Below are positions 54,774 through 63,160 of a stretch of DNA of 64,000 nucleotides, piece after piece (the stretch's first letter is position 1; every line of letters begins with the position of its first letter). The stretch is from positions 60,637-124,636 of the IMG/VR virus record IMGVR_UViG_3300027498_000003; one strand, 5' to 3'. The notes under the pieces were generated by a model. The model was not told the origin of the DNA. It saw only the letters and a list, made by a program, of their open reading frames with translations, and ran no database searches. A program made the translations under genes and the position numbers. Origin of the DNA: a virus.

Positions 54774-54971
54774 ATGGCAGAGGGGCTGGGAGACAGATTA
54801 TATGCAGTTGTTCAGGAGGAGATAATGATTACAAATGCCATTATAAGTGAGGGGATTCGCGGGCACACCGTTTCCCCTCGCATTTTAGCTACAATACAGA
54901 GCGCTTTAACTTCATTAGCAATTAACTTACCTGAAACCATAAAAAACATAGTAGATGCAGATAATAATTAA
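54774..54971 (+). CDS. Hypothetical protein, 65 aa
   Basis: Preceded by the TACATTAG motif. Confidence 0.5.
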   Translation: MAEGLGDRLYAVVQEEIMITNAIISEGIRGHTVSPRILATIQSALTSLAINLPETIKNIVDADNN

Positions 54972-55428
54972 CAAAGTGCCAGGAAAGAGGCTTTACTCTG
55001 GAAGTATTTACAGTTCAGAAGGGGGAGAAATATTCTGCTCCGCTTGTAGAGGTATATTTTTTCCTACTAAAAAATTTGCTAAAGAGTTTCTAACATCTCA
55101 AGCTAAGATAATCAAAGCAAGGCCATCTCCGGGAGCGGTAATAGATACTATAAATTTTACTTATAAAAAAGAGAAATACAGACTTCAGTATTACCTAAAC
55201 AATAACTTCATTGTAAATAAATATAATTCAAAATCAGATCGATATGAACGCATAATTGGCCAAATGGAGTTAAGCAGTAACGGAATTAAGGAACCTGCTC
55301 ATAAGTTCGGAGGATTATTTTCCTATTATAGGAACGATGGAGATAAGTTTCCAAAACGCGTTAGAAACTTTCTCGACGAAACTGCAGCCTCCTTTAGGGC
55401 AGAGAAAATCATTATTACCGACAAATAA
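54955..55428 (+). CDS. Hypothetical protein, 157 aa
   Basis: ORF length and operon packing. Confidence 0.55.
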   Translation: MQIIINKVPGKRLYSGSIYSSEGGEIFCSACRGIFFPTKKFAKEFLTSQAKIIKARPSPGAVIDTINFTYKKEKYRLQYYLNNNFIVNKYNSKSDRYERIIGQMELSSNGIKEPAHKFGGLFSYYRNDGDKFPKRVRNFLDETAASFRAEKIIITDK

Positions 55429-55479
55429 GTATGGCGTTTTTTCCATTAATATCATTTCATCAATCTCAACCTCTTTACA

Positions 55480-56016
55480 ATGATCACCAATACATTTAGA
55501 CTCTATATTATCGTTCATTTGTTATGGATGTGTACCTATACAACGGCGCTTTCGCAGCAATGCGTTTCCATAGATACTGTATTTAACTCTTTCACTGCAG
55601 AAGTAAATGAAGATGTAGATATGATTAGAGGGGCGAAAGAGGTTTATCCTCAATACTCGCCGACGTTATTTTCTGATGATCTGCCTTTAGACACTACTTA
55701 CACTGCAACTCGTATAGAGACTTTACCAAATGGCAGAATCATTTACCTTGTAGTATATGAAACAGTAATATGCTCCCTCCCTCCTGGCTTTTTCTTTAAC
55801 GGAGATACTATATCTACTGTAGATCAAGATTCAATCATGCCGCCAGTTCTGATAGACGTAGGTGGGCCTATACAGCCTGAAGAGCCAATACAAGGTGAGA
55901 ATATCCCTACAATGGGGCAATGGGGCCTAATATGTTTAGGGCTTCTGCTTACTATATTTGCAGTAGTTGCTATTAAGCAAAAAGATATCCTAATAGTAAA
56001 ACCAAACAAGATATGA
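55480..56016 (+). CDS. Exported surface protein with an IPTL-CTERM (IPTxxxWG) sorting domain, 178 aa
   Basis: Signal-peptide-like N-terminus ending ALS|QQ; C-terminal ENIPTMGQWGLICLGLLLTIFAVVAIKQK (motif, TM helix, basic tail). Confidence 0.85.
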   Translation: MITNTFRLYIIVHLLWMCTYTTALSQQCVSIDTVFNSFTAEVNEDVDMIRGAKEVYPQYSPTLFSDDLPLDTTYTATRIETLPNGRIIYLVVYETVICSLPPGFFFNGDTISTVDQDSIMPPVLIDVGGPIQPEEPIQGENIPTMGQWGLICLGLLLTIFAVVAIKQKDILIVKPNKI

Positions 56017-56231
56017 CAGTACTTGAACTTAAACATATCCTAAATAACCATCCTGATCATATGAACATTGGGCTAACTGATTTAGGAACAGATGATCCTT
56101 ACACAGGGAGTTATATGCTCCACAAGGGAGATGTAGAGTTACTACCGTATTCCGACGACCCTGATGATAATAAAATTTTAGGCAAAATGCTGTTTATTAC
56201 TTTCACAAATAAAAGAGCTCCGGGAGTATGA
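56013..56231 (+). CDS. Small hypothetical protein, paralogue of 58605-58814
   Basis: MTVLELK..L...D pattern shared with the 69-aa ORF. Confidence 0.6.
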   Translation: MTVLELKHILNNHPDHMNIGLTDLGTDDPYTGSYMLHKGDVELLPYSDDPDDNKILGKMLFITFTNKRAPGV

Positions 56232-56385
56232 AGGTTTAAGTCCTTTCGTGGCCTCTATATGGGGATGATGCAATAGAATGCTATGTAATCTGATTACAGT
56301 GGAAGATCGTAACTTCCCATTCCCACAATTTAATGCCCTTCAGCTTTTAATTAGGCTAAGGGCTTTTTTATTCTTAAATTGTAGT

Positions 56386-56787
56386 ATGAATAGATTAGAT
56401 TTCATAAAGACAACACTATCCGCGCCGATCGCTTTCGTATTAGGCATCTTAGGAATTAAAAAACCCAAAGAGCCTTATATTAGAGGCAATGATGAGGTTT
56501 ACGCATTTGATGTTAAATGGAATTATGTAGATGGAACTAAGACGCCGGTTTACCATTTAGACCCTCTCGACACGCAAGCCATGGAAGAAGGGTGGACCTT
56601 GCATGAAGTTATGGGACATGGCGGGCTTTCTGGAGGTATGAAATACCATAAAGATTTAGATATGGGTATTAAATATTATTTAGATAGCGAAGACTGGGTA
56701 GTTAAGCACGGTACAGCTACTGTTGTTTTTTCTAAAACTGCAGGCTTTATCAAAGTGCAAGATTGGCCTTTATTTAATGGATTATAA
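56386..56787 (+). CDS. Hypothetical protein with a Tat-like N-terminus (probable start MNRLDFIK; track ORF starts at 56278)
   Basis: NRLDFIK followed by a hydrophobic stretch. Confidence 0.5.
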   Translation: MNRLDFIKTTLSAPIAFVLGILGIKKPKEPYIRGNDEVYAFDVKWNYVDGTKTPVYHLDPLDTQAMEEGWTLHEVMGHGGLSGGMKYHKDLDMGIKYYLDSEDWVVKHGTATVVFSKTAGFIKVQDWPLFNGL

Positions 56788-56846
56788 ACACTAATTATAA
56801 TGAAAAAAGAACTAGATCATTTGTAGGTAAACTAAACCTACATATA

Positions 56847-57053
56847 ATGAGAAACAATGATTATAAGTTAATTACTAATCGTAATTCTTTGAAAAAACTA
56901 AGAATGAGCCATATTTACTCTGCTGATGGTCTGTGCACTATATGTGGACCTAATCAAGGTTGTAATAGAGCATATAGCCAGGGAGTACGTAGATCCTGGA
57001 AAAAATATAGAAAAACTCAATACAAAAATCATGAAGATATTAACACAGATTGA
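56847..57053 (+). CDS. Small basic Cys-containing protein, 68 aa
   Basis: CTICGPNQGCN...RSWKKYRKTQYK, a C-terminus I recall from Bacteroidota phage proteins. Confidence 0.6.
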   Translation: MRNNDYKLITNRNSLKKLRMSHIYSADGLCTICGPNQGCNRAYSQGVRRSWKKYRKTQYKNHEDINTD

Positions 57054-57294
57054 AGGGCTAATATTCGAAGCCCCGGGCAAAGATAGCGGCACTCTCTTAC
57101 TATCTACCGATACGGTGATAGAGAATGGCATAATCAATAAATCGTTGATTAATAGAATGGACTATTTTATCCTCAATCCGCCGAAATGCGTACCTTTTAA
57201 ATGCTCCGATCTGAGAGCAAATGAAAGAGAAGACTATATGTTAATGGAAGTTGATCAGAAAACCATTGACTATATGTTAGCCATAGCTAAATAA
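57031..57294 (+). CDS. Hypothetical protein (probable start MKILTQ; track ORF starts at 56926)
   Basis: The shorter start minimises overlap with the upstream gene. Confidence 0.45.
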   Translation: MKILTQIEGLIFEAPGKDSGTLLLSTDTVIENGIINKSLINRMDYFILNPPKCVPFKCSDLRANEREDYMLMEVDQKTIDYMLAIAK

Positions 57295-57387
57295 GAAAGG
57301 CCCCTATATGGAGCCCTCCCTAACCTAAAAATCAAAAATACAAGTCTAATACTCTGCTAAGATAAAGAATATTTCTTACATTAGTAT

Positions 57388-57858
57388 ATGGAAAAGATAA
57401 AAGGAACGTACACTTTAGCTTTTTACAATCACCCAAAGATAACAGAATGGCTTAATAAGTGCCCTTGGCTTACCCATTGGTCTGGTAACGGCAATGGAAT
57501 GTTGGCTCGATTTAGTCAGTTTGAAGCTTCACATTTTAATGATCCTAAATTTGAATTAAAGAGAGATAAAGAAGGAAGGCCTTACAGAGTCATAGAGGGC
57601 GAGAATTATGTACGTATCCCTACTGTAGAGTTAGTGAGAGAAAGTATGGGGACTTTCAACCAAGTTAACGTTCAGATTGAGCTTCATCAATCGTCGCTAA
57701 GTGATGATATTTTAGACATGAAAGTTCTTTTTTATATCCATAGAGCCTCTAATGAGTATGAAGTTGTGTTTAACGGCTATGTAAAGTCTTTTGAAGAGTT
57801 CAAGACGGCGTTAAGATTATTGGGTATTGAAGAGAGTAAGATAGATTTCAAATTATAA
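57388..57858 (+). CDS. Hypothetical protein, 156 aa
   Basis: C-terminal FNGYVKSFEEFK..LRLLGI motif common in crAss-like phages; promoter motif upstream. Confidence 0.6.
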   Translation: MEKIKGTYTLAFYNHPKITEWLNKCPWLTHWSGNGNGMLARFSQFEASHFNDPKFELKRDKEGRPYRVIEGENYVRIPTVELVRESMGTFNQVNVQIELHQSSLSDDILDMKVLFYIHRASNEYEVVFNGYVKSFEEFKTALRLLGIEESKIDFKL

Positions 57859-57864
57859 AAGCAT

Positions 57865-58245
57865 ATGATTAAATATTTTATATATCAATACTCCGCTATT
57901 GACAAAGATAAGACAAGTTCGGGGTACGGCAAGGGATTTACCGAGAACCATTACTATAGAGTAGAGCAGGAGGAAAATGAGAACCTAAAATTTGTGGGAA
58001 CTATTGAATGCGAAAATAGTTTCTTTTGCGCGACAACAAGTAGATATTACGACCATGATAGGGAGACTCTTAGTCGTAAGAGTTTGAATAAGATATATAG
58101 AGAGACTCCCGACGGCGAATTGAAGGGCATCATAGGGGATTACATAAGATTGAAGTTCAGCTATATCCCTCAACTATTAAAGCATTTCAATCCCGATCCA
58201 GGAGGATATTATACGCCTCATAGATCAAAACTAAAAGAAGTATAA
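57865..58245 (+). CDS. Hypothetical protein, 126 aa
   Basis: Operon packing. Confidence 0.55.
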   Translation: MIKYFIYQYSAIDKDKTSSGYGKGFTENHYYRVEQEENENLKFVGTIECENSFFCATTSRYYDHDRETLSRKSLNKIYRETPDGELKGIIGDYIRLKFSYIPQLLKHFNPDPGGYYTPHRSKLKEV

Positions 58246-58253
58246 AGTATATT

Positions 58254-58577
58254 ATGAAAACAGAAAGATTTGAGCAAGTAATAAAGCAACAGTTAAAAGA
58301 TTGCGAAGAGACATTGGTTGTTAAAGGTAAAGAGTATGTTAGAAACAATGATCGGTTTCATAATTTCAATGTTGGTGCTATGATGACAGGAAAACTTCGT
58401 GAGGAAGTATTAGACGGCTTTATGCTAAAGCACATCATATCTATTCAAGACATTACAAATGATATTAAAACTGGGAAACTGCCGCCCATCGAAGTGTTGG
58501 ATGAGAAATTCGGAGATGTTATTAATTATTTGTTACTTAAAAAAGCAAGTATAATAGATAGAATTGAAAGTGAATAA
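58254..58577 (+). CDS. All-alpha protein, possibly DUF1599/MazG-like nucleotide-related family, 107 aa
   Basis: KGKEY...DRFHNF...KH..SI.D...DVINYLLL pattern. Confidence 0.45.
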   Translation: MKTERFEQVIKQQLKDCEETLVVKGKEYVRNNDRFHNFNVGAMMTGKLREEVLDGFMLKHIISIQDITNDIKTGKLPPIEVLDEKFGDVINYLLLKKASIIDRIESE

Positions 58578-58604
58578 TGAAAAAACTAAACAAATAAGTA
58601 TAAA

Positions 58605-58814
58605 ATGACAGCAAGAGAATTAATCAATAAACTAAAGTCCTTTGACGATATTGATAAACCAGTCGTACTACTGGACTTAAATGATGATACTGAACTATCT
58701 CATTATGACATAAGTGAAAAAGATATAAATTATGTTGATGGTGTTCATGTTTCAGGAAGAAAGCTCAAAGGACATGCTATTTGCTTTAAAAATCATAGAA
58801 CAAGTAGATTATGA
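58605..58814 (+). CDS. Small hypothetical protein, paralogue of 56013-56231
   Basis: MTARELINKL...D pattern. Confidence 0.6.
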   Translation: MTARELINKLKSFDDIDKPVVLLDLNDDTELSHYDISEKDINYVDGVHVSGRKLKGHAICFKNHRTSRL

Positions 58815-59245
58815 ATCACACCTACCAATACAAATCAGACAAAGTCCAAGCCATCAAGTGGACAGGTGAGAATTACGAAGAGATAAAAGAATTCTTAGGG
58901 GACATACAAGTTAATAAAGGCGATCACAATTTAAAAATATTGCATAATGGATTTTCATATGTAAGTGGTCACGAATGGGTTATACGTCATGAAGATGGTG
59001 AGATCACAACAGACTATAATTCTCATTTTGTTCGAAACTTTGAAAAAGTACCAGACGTAAAGCCCGAACGAAGACGATTTATAGAAGCTCTAAACAAAAT
59101 CAAATGTATTAAAGACCAAGTCATCCAAGACATCGATGATCAAGGCTACAGCGCAAAGGACACGCTCCAGGTGATCTTTGAGAACATTGATCATGTGCTG
59201 GAAGAGTTTGATATTGATGTGGATGAGTTAATGAATGAGATATGA
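58811..59245 (+). CDS. Phage protein of the 'VQAIKWTG' family with a C-terminal helical extension, 144 aa
   Basis: VQAIKWTGEN...WVI...GE.....HF...FE motif widespread in phages. Confidence 0.6.
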   Translation: MNHTYQYKSDKVQAIKWTGENYEEIKEFLGDIQVNKGDHNLKILHNGFSYVSGHEWVIRHEDGEITTDYNSHFVRNFEKVPDVKPERRRFIEALNKIKCIKDQVIQDIDDQGYSAKDTLQVIFENIDHVLEEFDIDVDELMNEI

Positions 59246-59316
59246 TATGAAAGTGTCAAAATTATTCTTTGACATAATAGCTAAATCTAAGTCTAAACAA
59301 CAAGAATAAGAATAAA

Positions 59317-59496
59317 CTAATAACCAATAAGCATCATATGCGATCCCATGCCGCATAAGAAGGTCATCTTATCATGAGGATTATCTAATTTACTCATAAT
59401 CACCTTAGATCTATCTATAATCTCATCAATCCCTCTATCAGATAGTACGTAGGTAACATTATTGCCCTGCCATAGGGCCTCTATCTGTTTATTCAT
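59317..59496 (-). CDS. Hypothetical protein, 59 aa (below track cut-off)
   Basis: Read by hand (MNKQIEALWQGNN...); starts 1 nt after the stop of 59498-59719. Confidence 0.5.
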   Translation of the reverse strand: MNKQIEALWQGNNVTYVLSDRGIDEIIDRSKVIMSKLDNPHDKMTFLCGMGSHMMLIGY

Positions 59497-59497
59497 G

Positions 59498-59719
59498 CTA
59501 TTTATTGTTTATATGGAAGTTAAGTTCATCTACCATGGCCTGAGCCTGTTCTACATCAAGTCTAAAGCTTGTAGTAGAGTTAAATTTAGCACCGCTTTTC
59601 CCGCGATTTGTGATCTCTATCTTGACAGTATGAGTACTACATTTCTCTTTGTTATGTTTTATGTGCAATACTTCTGCTACTTCTGTAAAAGAGTTTGCTA
59701 AGGTTTTCTTTTTAGTCAT
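59498..59719 (-). CDS. Hypothetical protein, 73 aa
   Basis: Part of a three-gene minus-strand island. Confidence 0.55.
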   Translation of the reverse strand: MTKKKTLANSFTEVAEVLHIKHNKEKCSTHTVKIEITNRGKSGAKFNSTTSFRLDVEQAQAMVDELNFHINNK

Positions 59720-59724
59720 ATTAT

Positions 59725-60057
59725 TTATTTGTCTTGTAAATCAAAGTATAAAGTATCGATATCGCTATTTTCTGTATCTAGAACATATATACCTGGCTCC
59801 CAATAAGGTGGGCATGCGGTAGAGCCATTAGTTAGCTTCTTATTTCCTAAGGGGTCTCTTTTGGCTATTATGTGGTCTTCTCTTATTTCTACGGCCATAT
59901 TATCCTTTTTACGAATCTCCATGCCCCTAAGGGTCATAGATCTTACCACACTTCCGCTGTGGTTATCGCATATAGTCTTAGAGATAAGAATGCTCGGGGG
60001 ATAGTGCTTACTTCTAAGTAATCTAAATTCTCCGTATAATAATTCTACATCATCCAT
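59725..60057 (-). CDS. Hypothetical protein, 110 aa
   Basis: First gene of the minus-strand island; divergent from 60115. Confidence 0.55.
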   Translation of the reverse strand: MDDVELLYGEFRLLRSKHYPPSILISKTICDNHSGSVVRSMTLRGMEIRKKDNMAVEIREDHIIAKRDPLGNKKLTNGSTACPPYWEPGIYVLDTENSDIDTLYFDLQDK

Positions 60058-60114
60058 AGCCGCAATATACTAATTATTCTTATATTAGCATTTACAAGCA
60101 AATAATAACTACTT

Positions 60115-60453
60115 ATGGGAATGTACGATTATGTTAAAATAGATAAAGAGCTGCTGCCACTCACGGATGAGCAAAAAGATAAAATACCCGATAATCCCGG
60201 TTGGCAGACTAAATATATCCAGCATAGCTACGATGGCGGCCAGTTGGATACTTTTTATTTAAGTAAAGATAGTATCAAAGTCGGTAGATTTGTTGAGGAT
60301 GGTATGCCCATCAAAGATTTCGAATTTACAGGGGATATTATGTTTTACACAGACATAGGGGTATATGGATCTCCCGAATACGAATGGATGAAATTCCTGG
60401 CTACATACAAAAGAAGTAAACTTATAAAAATAGAGAGAATTAACCATGAATAA
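60115..60453 (+). CDS. Conserved phage hypothetical protein (MGM(Y/F)D...QTK family), 112 aa
   Basis: MGMYDY...WQTK...FTG.I.FY motif. Confidence 0.6.
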   Translation: MGMYDYVKIDKELLPLTDEQKDKIPDNPGWQTKYIQHSYDGGQLDTFYLSKDSIKVGRFVEDGMPIKDFEFTGDIMFYTDIGVYGSPEYEWMKFLATYKRSKLIKIERINHE

Positions 60454-60871
60454 AGGCATAAATCAGTATGATATGCTGTATGCTCAGGCCCTATTCGGTG
60501 ATATAAGAGTGAGCGCCGCGACGTATGATAAGATAGTAGACAACATCAAAAACAACCCAGATAAATACCCATGGGAGCATGCATTGAATAATTACCCTAA
60601 AGAGACTATAGATGCCTACCTAAAAGAGGTGCCGCCAAAACGGAATATAGCTAAATTTAATGCTCCTACTAAAGGGTTAATGGCGCTCATGGGAGAGGCT
60701 GAGCCTATGGTAATTGATAAATCTGAATCATTACTTGATTTACTACAAAAAGTAGGAAAAGCAGAACGAGAAAGAGAGGAAAAAAGAAAAGCGGAAGTGG
60801 ATAGGCAAAGGATAATATGGAATAAGTATTTTGATATCGCTCACGACGGCGGGCTATTTATAATTTTCTAA
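60446..60871 (+). CDS. Hypothetical protein, 141 aa
   Basis: Overlapping operon packing. Confidence 0.55.
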   Translation: MNKGINQYDMLYAQALFGDIRVSAATYDKIVDNIKNNPDKYPWEHALNNYPKETIDAYLKEVPPKRNIAKFNAPTKGLMALMGEAEPMVIDKSESLLDLLQKVGKAEREREEKRKAEVDRQRIIWNKYFDIAHDGGLFIIF

Positions 60872-60880
60872 AATATAACA

Positions 60881-61126
60881 ATGAGTAAATCAAAAATAAC
60901 AGAAGAAGAAGAAGCAATTAATGAAGGGCCCAGATTTAAGGTAGGAGATATAGTTAAGTTTACAGATGGGTCAGATACTGTCATTATAATGGTCACAGAC
61001 CCAGAAACATGCTCAGCGGTTGTATTAACTTCTGATCTACTTCATGTTATAGGTGACCACGGGCCAGCATGGAATTTCGATGAATTTGAACTTTTCAAAG
61101 GTAAAATAACACTATATAATGATTAA
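60881..61126 (+). CDS. Small KOW/SH3-like protein, 81 aa
   Basis: RFKVGDIVKF motif. Confidence 0.5.
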   Translation: MSKSKITEEEEAINEGPRFKVGDIVKFTDGSDTVIIMVTDPETCSAVVLTSDLLHVIGDHGPAWNFDEFELFKGKITLYND

Positions 61127-61135
61127 AATAGAACT

Positions 61136-61480
61136 ATGAAAAAGATAAAAACATTCAAATTTAAAGATCCTATAAAGCCTCAAGAAGGTATGGACCTTGA
61201 CGCTTATCTGAAATTGACCATATACGACGGCCGCATAGATGTAGAATCTGTGGGTAAAATAGGCCTTACAGACCCTGTCACACAATTACAGACTTTCTAT
61301 GATCATTTCATAAATGAATCGATATATTTCAAAGCCGCGGCAAGGATAAGAATGCACAAAAACTGGAAAGAAGGTGACTATACTCTTAGAATAGATGACT
61401 ATTCTGTAGTTTTTAATACTAAGGAGAATGCAGAAGAAGCATTTACTATAATTAAAGATCTGAGAAACAAGTTAACTTAA
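61136..61480 (+). CDS. Hypothetical protein, 114 aa
   Basis: C-terminal VFNTKENAEEAF motif common in Bacteroidota phages. Confidence 0.55.
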   Translation: MKKIKTFKFKDPIKPQEGMDLDAYLKLTIYDGRIDVESVGKIGLTDPVTQLQTFYDHFINESIYFKAAARIRMHKNWKEGDYTLRIDDYSVVFNTKENAEEAFTIIKDLRNKLT

Positions 61481-61921
61481 AAAAAAATGATTTATGAATG
61501 CAAACACCACTTAGTTGTAAGGAATCGCATAGAGTCTCAATCTGAAATATTAAACTAAAAGAGAACCTAACAGCTGTTAAACCATTAAGCTCTCTTTGAA
61601 AACACACGGTTGAAGTGAAGCTCCATCCTATCCTGTAAAACTTTGGGTAATGGGTTCGATCCTCTTTAACGTACAAATTACTTAATCTAAAAACATCTTC
61701 ATGGTAGATTTATTAGCAAAGCATAAATATACAGTTTTTATTTCTTATAATTAAGAAGATAATATTTCTAATGGATTAACCCATGATCTTATAAGAACCC
61801 TAATCCTCCTCAACCTCAAGCCGAGGAATAATAGCTGTACCAAATAAGCCCGCAATTGATCGTTTAATAAAAGATAATCTATTCATAACTACTAATATAC
61901 TAAATTTTACTATATTACATC

Positions 61922-62188
61922 ATGGTACATAACACCAAAGAAACAGTAACCGAAGAAATATTACGATATTCTCACACAACATGCGATCGATGTAAAGAAG
62001 AAATACACACTGGATCTATGTATATTATATTTGAAGCCGAGTTCTCCATGAGAATAGGAGAATCATACCCCGATGGCGGTAATGATGAGAGAACTACAAT
62101 AGACATGTGCCAGGCCTGCGCTGAAGAAGCTCTGAACCTTTTAAAAGCAGCTGGATTTACCTCTAATACAGAAGAATCAGATTGGTAA
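61922..62188 (+). CDS. Small zinc-finger protein (CxxC...CxxC), 88 aa
   Basis: TCDRC and DMCQAC. Confidence 0.65.
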   Translation: MVHNTKETVTEEILRYSHTTCDRCKEEIHTGSMYIIFEAEFSMRIGESYPDGGNDERTTIDMCQACAEEALNLLKAAGFTSNTEESDW

Positions 62189-62285
62189 CTTAAATCCCCA
62201 GATATACTCCCCCCACAAGGTAATAGGGCTAAAAAATAAACATTCCTAAAAGTAAGAATGCCTATTGATGTTAATTGAAAAATTT

Positions 62286-62357
62286 GGAGGTATAGCACGG
62301 TGGCTAATGCGCTGGACTGCAGATCTCGTCATGAGGGTTCAATTCCCCCTACCTCCA
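62286..62357 (+). tRNA. tRNA-Cys (GCA), no encoded CCA
   Basis: Acceptor GGAGGTA/TACCTCC, D-arm GCA..TGC, anticodon loop CTGCAGA, T-arm GAGGG-TTCAATT-CCCCC. Confidence 0.85.
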
Positions 62358-62363
62358 TTGTAA

Positions 62364-62396
62364 GCCTAAGAAAAGATAGAAACGTATTTTTTAGGC
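62364..62396 (+). terminator. Stem-loop downstream of the tRNA (GCCTAAGAAA...TTTTTTAGGC)
   Basis: Inverted repeat seen directly; function inferred. Confidence 0.35.
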
Positions 62397-62744
62397 ACAA
62401 ATCCAACTATGTGGCTGTTAAACAATACAATCCCCTCATCAAGAATCATAGTACAACCACGTTGGTATAGGATAAGGCTCATTCGCTTATACTCAAAGAT
62501 AGGGGTATAGTTTGAAAACTAAAATAGCCTATATAACTAATAATTAAATAAAATATGTTTATGTGTAGGTATGGGCTTGCAGGATGTAATGCTGTAAAAA
62601 ATGTGTATGTATGTAGATACGTTAGATGATATATATTTAACCCCGGCTACTATAGTCAATACTTCAGACATACCCCTACCCTATTGATTGTCAGCTATTT
62701 AGTTCAGCTCAATTACAATCTTACTTTAACATAGGTAACTGCTC

Positions 62745-62772
62745 ATCTATATCATATCTATATCATATCTAA
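62745..62772. repeat. 11-bp tandem repeat (ATCTATATCAT)x2 plus ATCTA within an ATCT/TATCTA-rich tract (about 62740-62900)
   Basis: Direct reading. Confidence 0.8.
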
Positions 62773-63057
62773 TTGATACTATCTATCCCCTATCTATCTA
62801 TCTGGTCGCTTCGCTGGTCTATCTTCGATCTACTTATTCTATCTATACTATATGATCTACTTGTCTATACTAATACCATCTAATAGTATGTATTCTATTC
62901 AATTGATTGTTATAGTTAGAAATTCAAGTATATAAGGGTTTGCGGCGATTGATGTAAACTATCTGTAGGTATATGCTATATTAGATGTAGTCAATTTGTA
63001 GTAAAGTGTAGATGATTTGTAGGTGTACTTTATTCGTTTATAAGCTTTGTTATGTCT

Positions 63058-63065
63058 TATCTTTG
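63058..63065 (+). promoter_or_regulatory. Canonical Bacteroidota -7 promoter element TATCTTTG
   Basis: Exact TAnnTTTG match about 95 nt upstream of the ORF at 63161; TTCG lies 21 nt upstream. Confidence 0.5.
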
Positions 63066-63160
63066 TTAATGTATTCTTTTAGTTAGGTAGCCCACAACGG
63101 TGGGCGTGCTGTAGCTATATAATTGCCTGATTTTGGGCACAATTTTAAAAACTTTATATC

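Noticed and set aside
55315-55518. Antisense 67-aa Cys-containing ORF (MNDNIESKCIGDHC...)
   Set aside because: It overlaps two better-supported plus-strand genes and has no promoter or motif support.
61615-61670. Second tRNA suggested by GGGTTCGATCC
   Set aside because: No acceptor, D or anticodon stems can be built around it.
37417-62862. AAGTAGAT as a late-promoter motif (upstream of the MCP gene and twice near 62830-62860)
   Set aside because: The same 8-mer occurs inside coding regions (e.g. near 1512 and 40040) and is absent from other late intergenic gaps.
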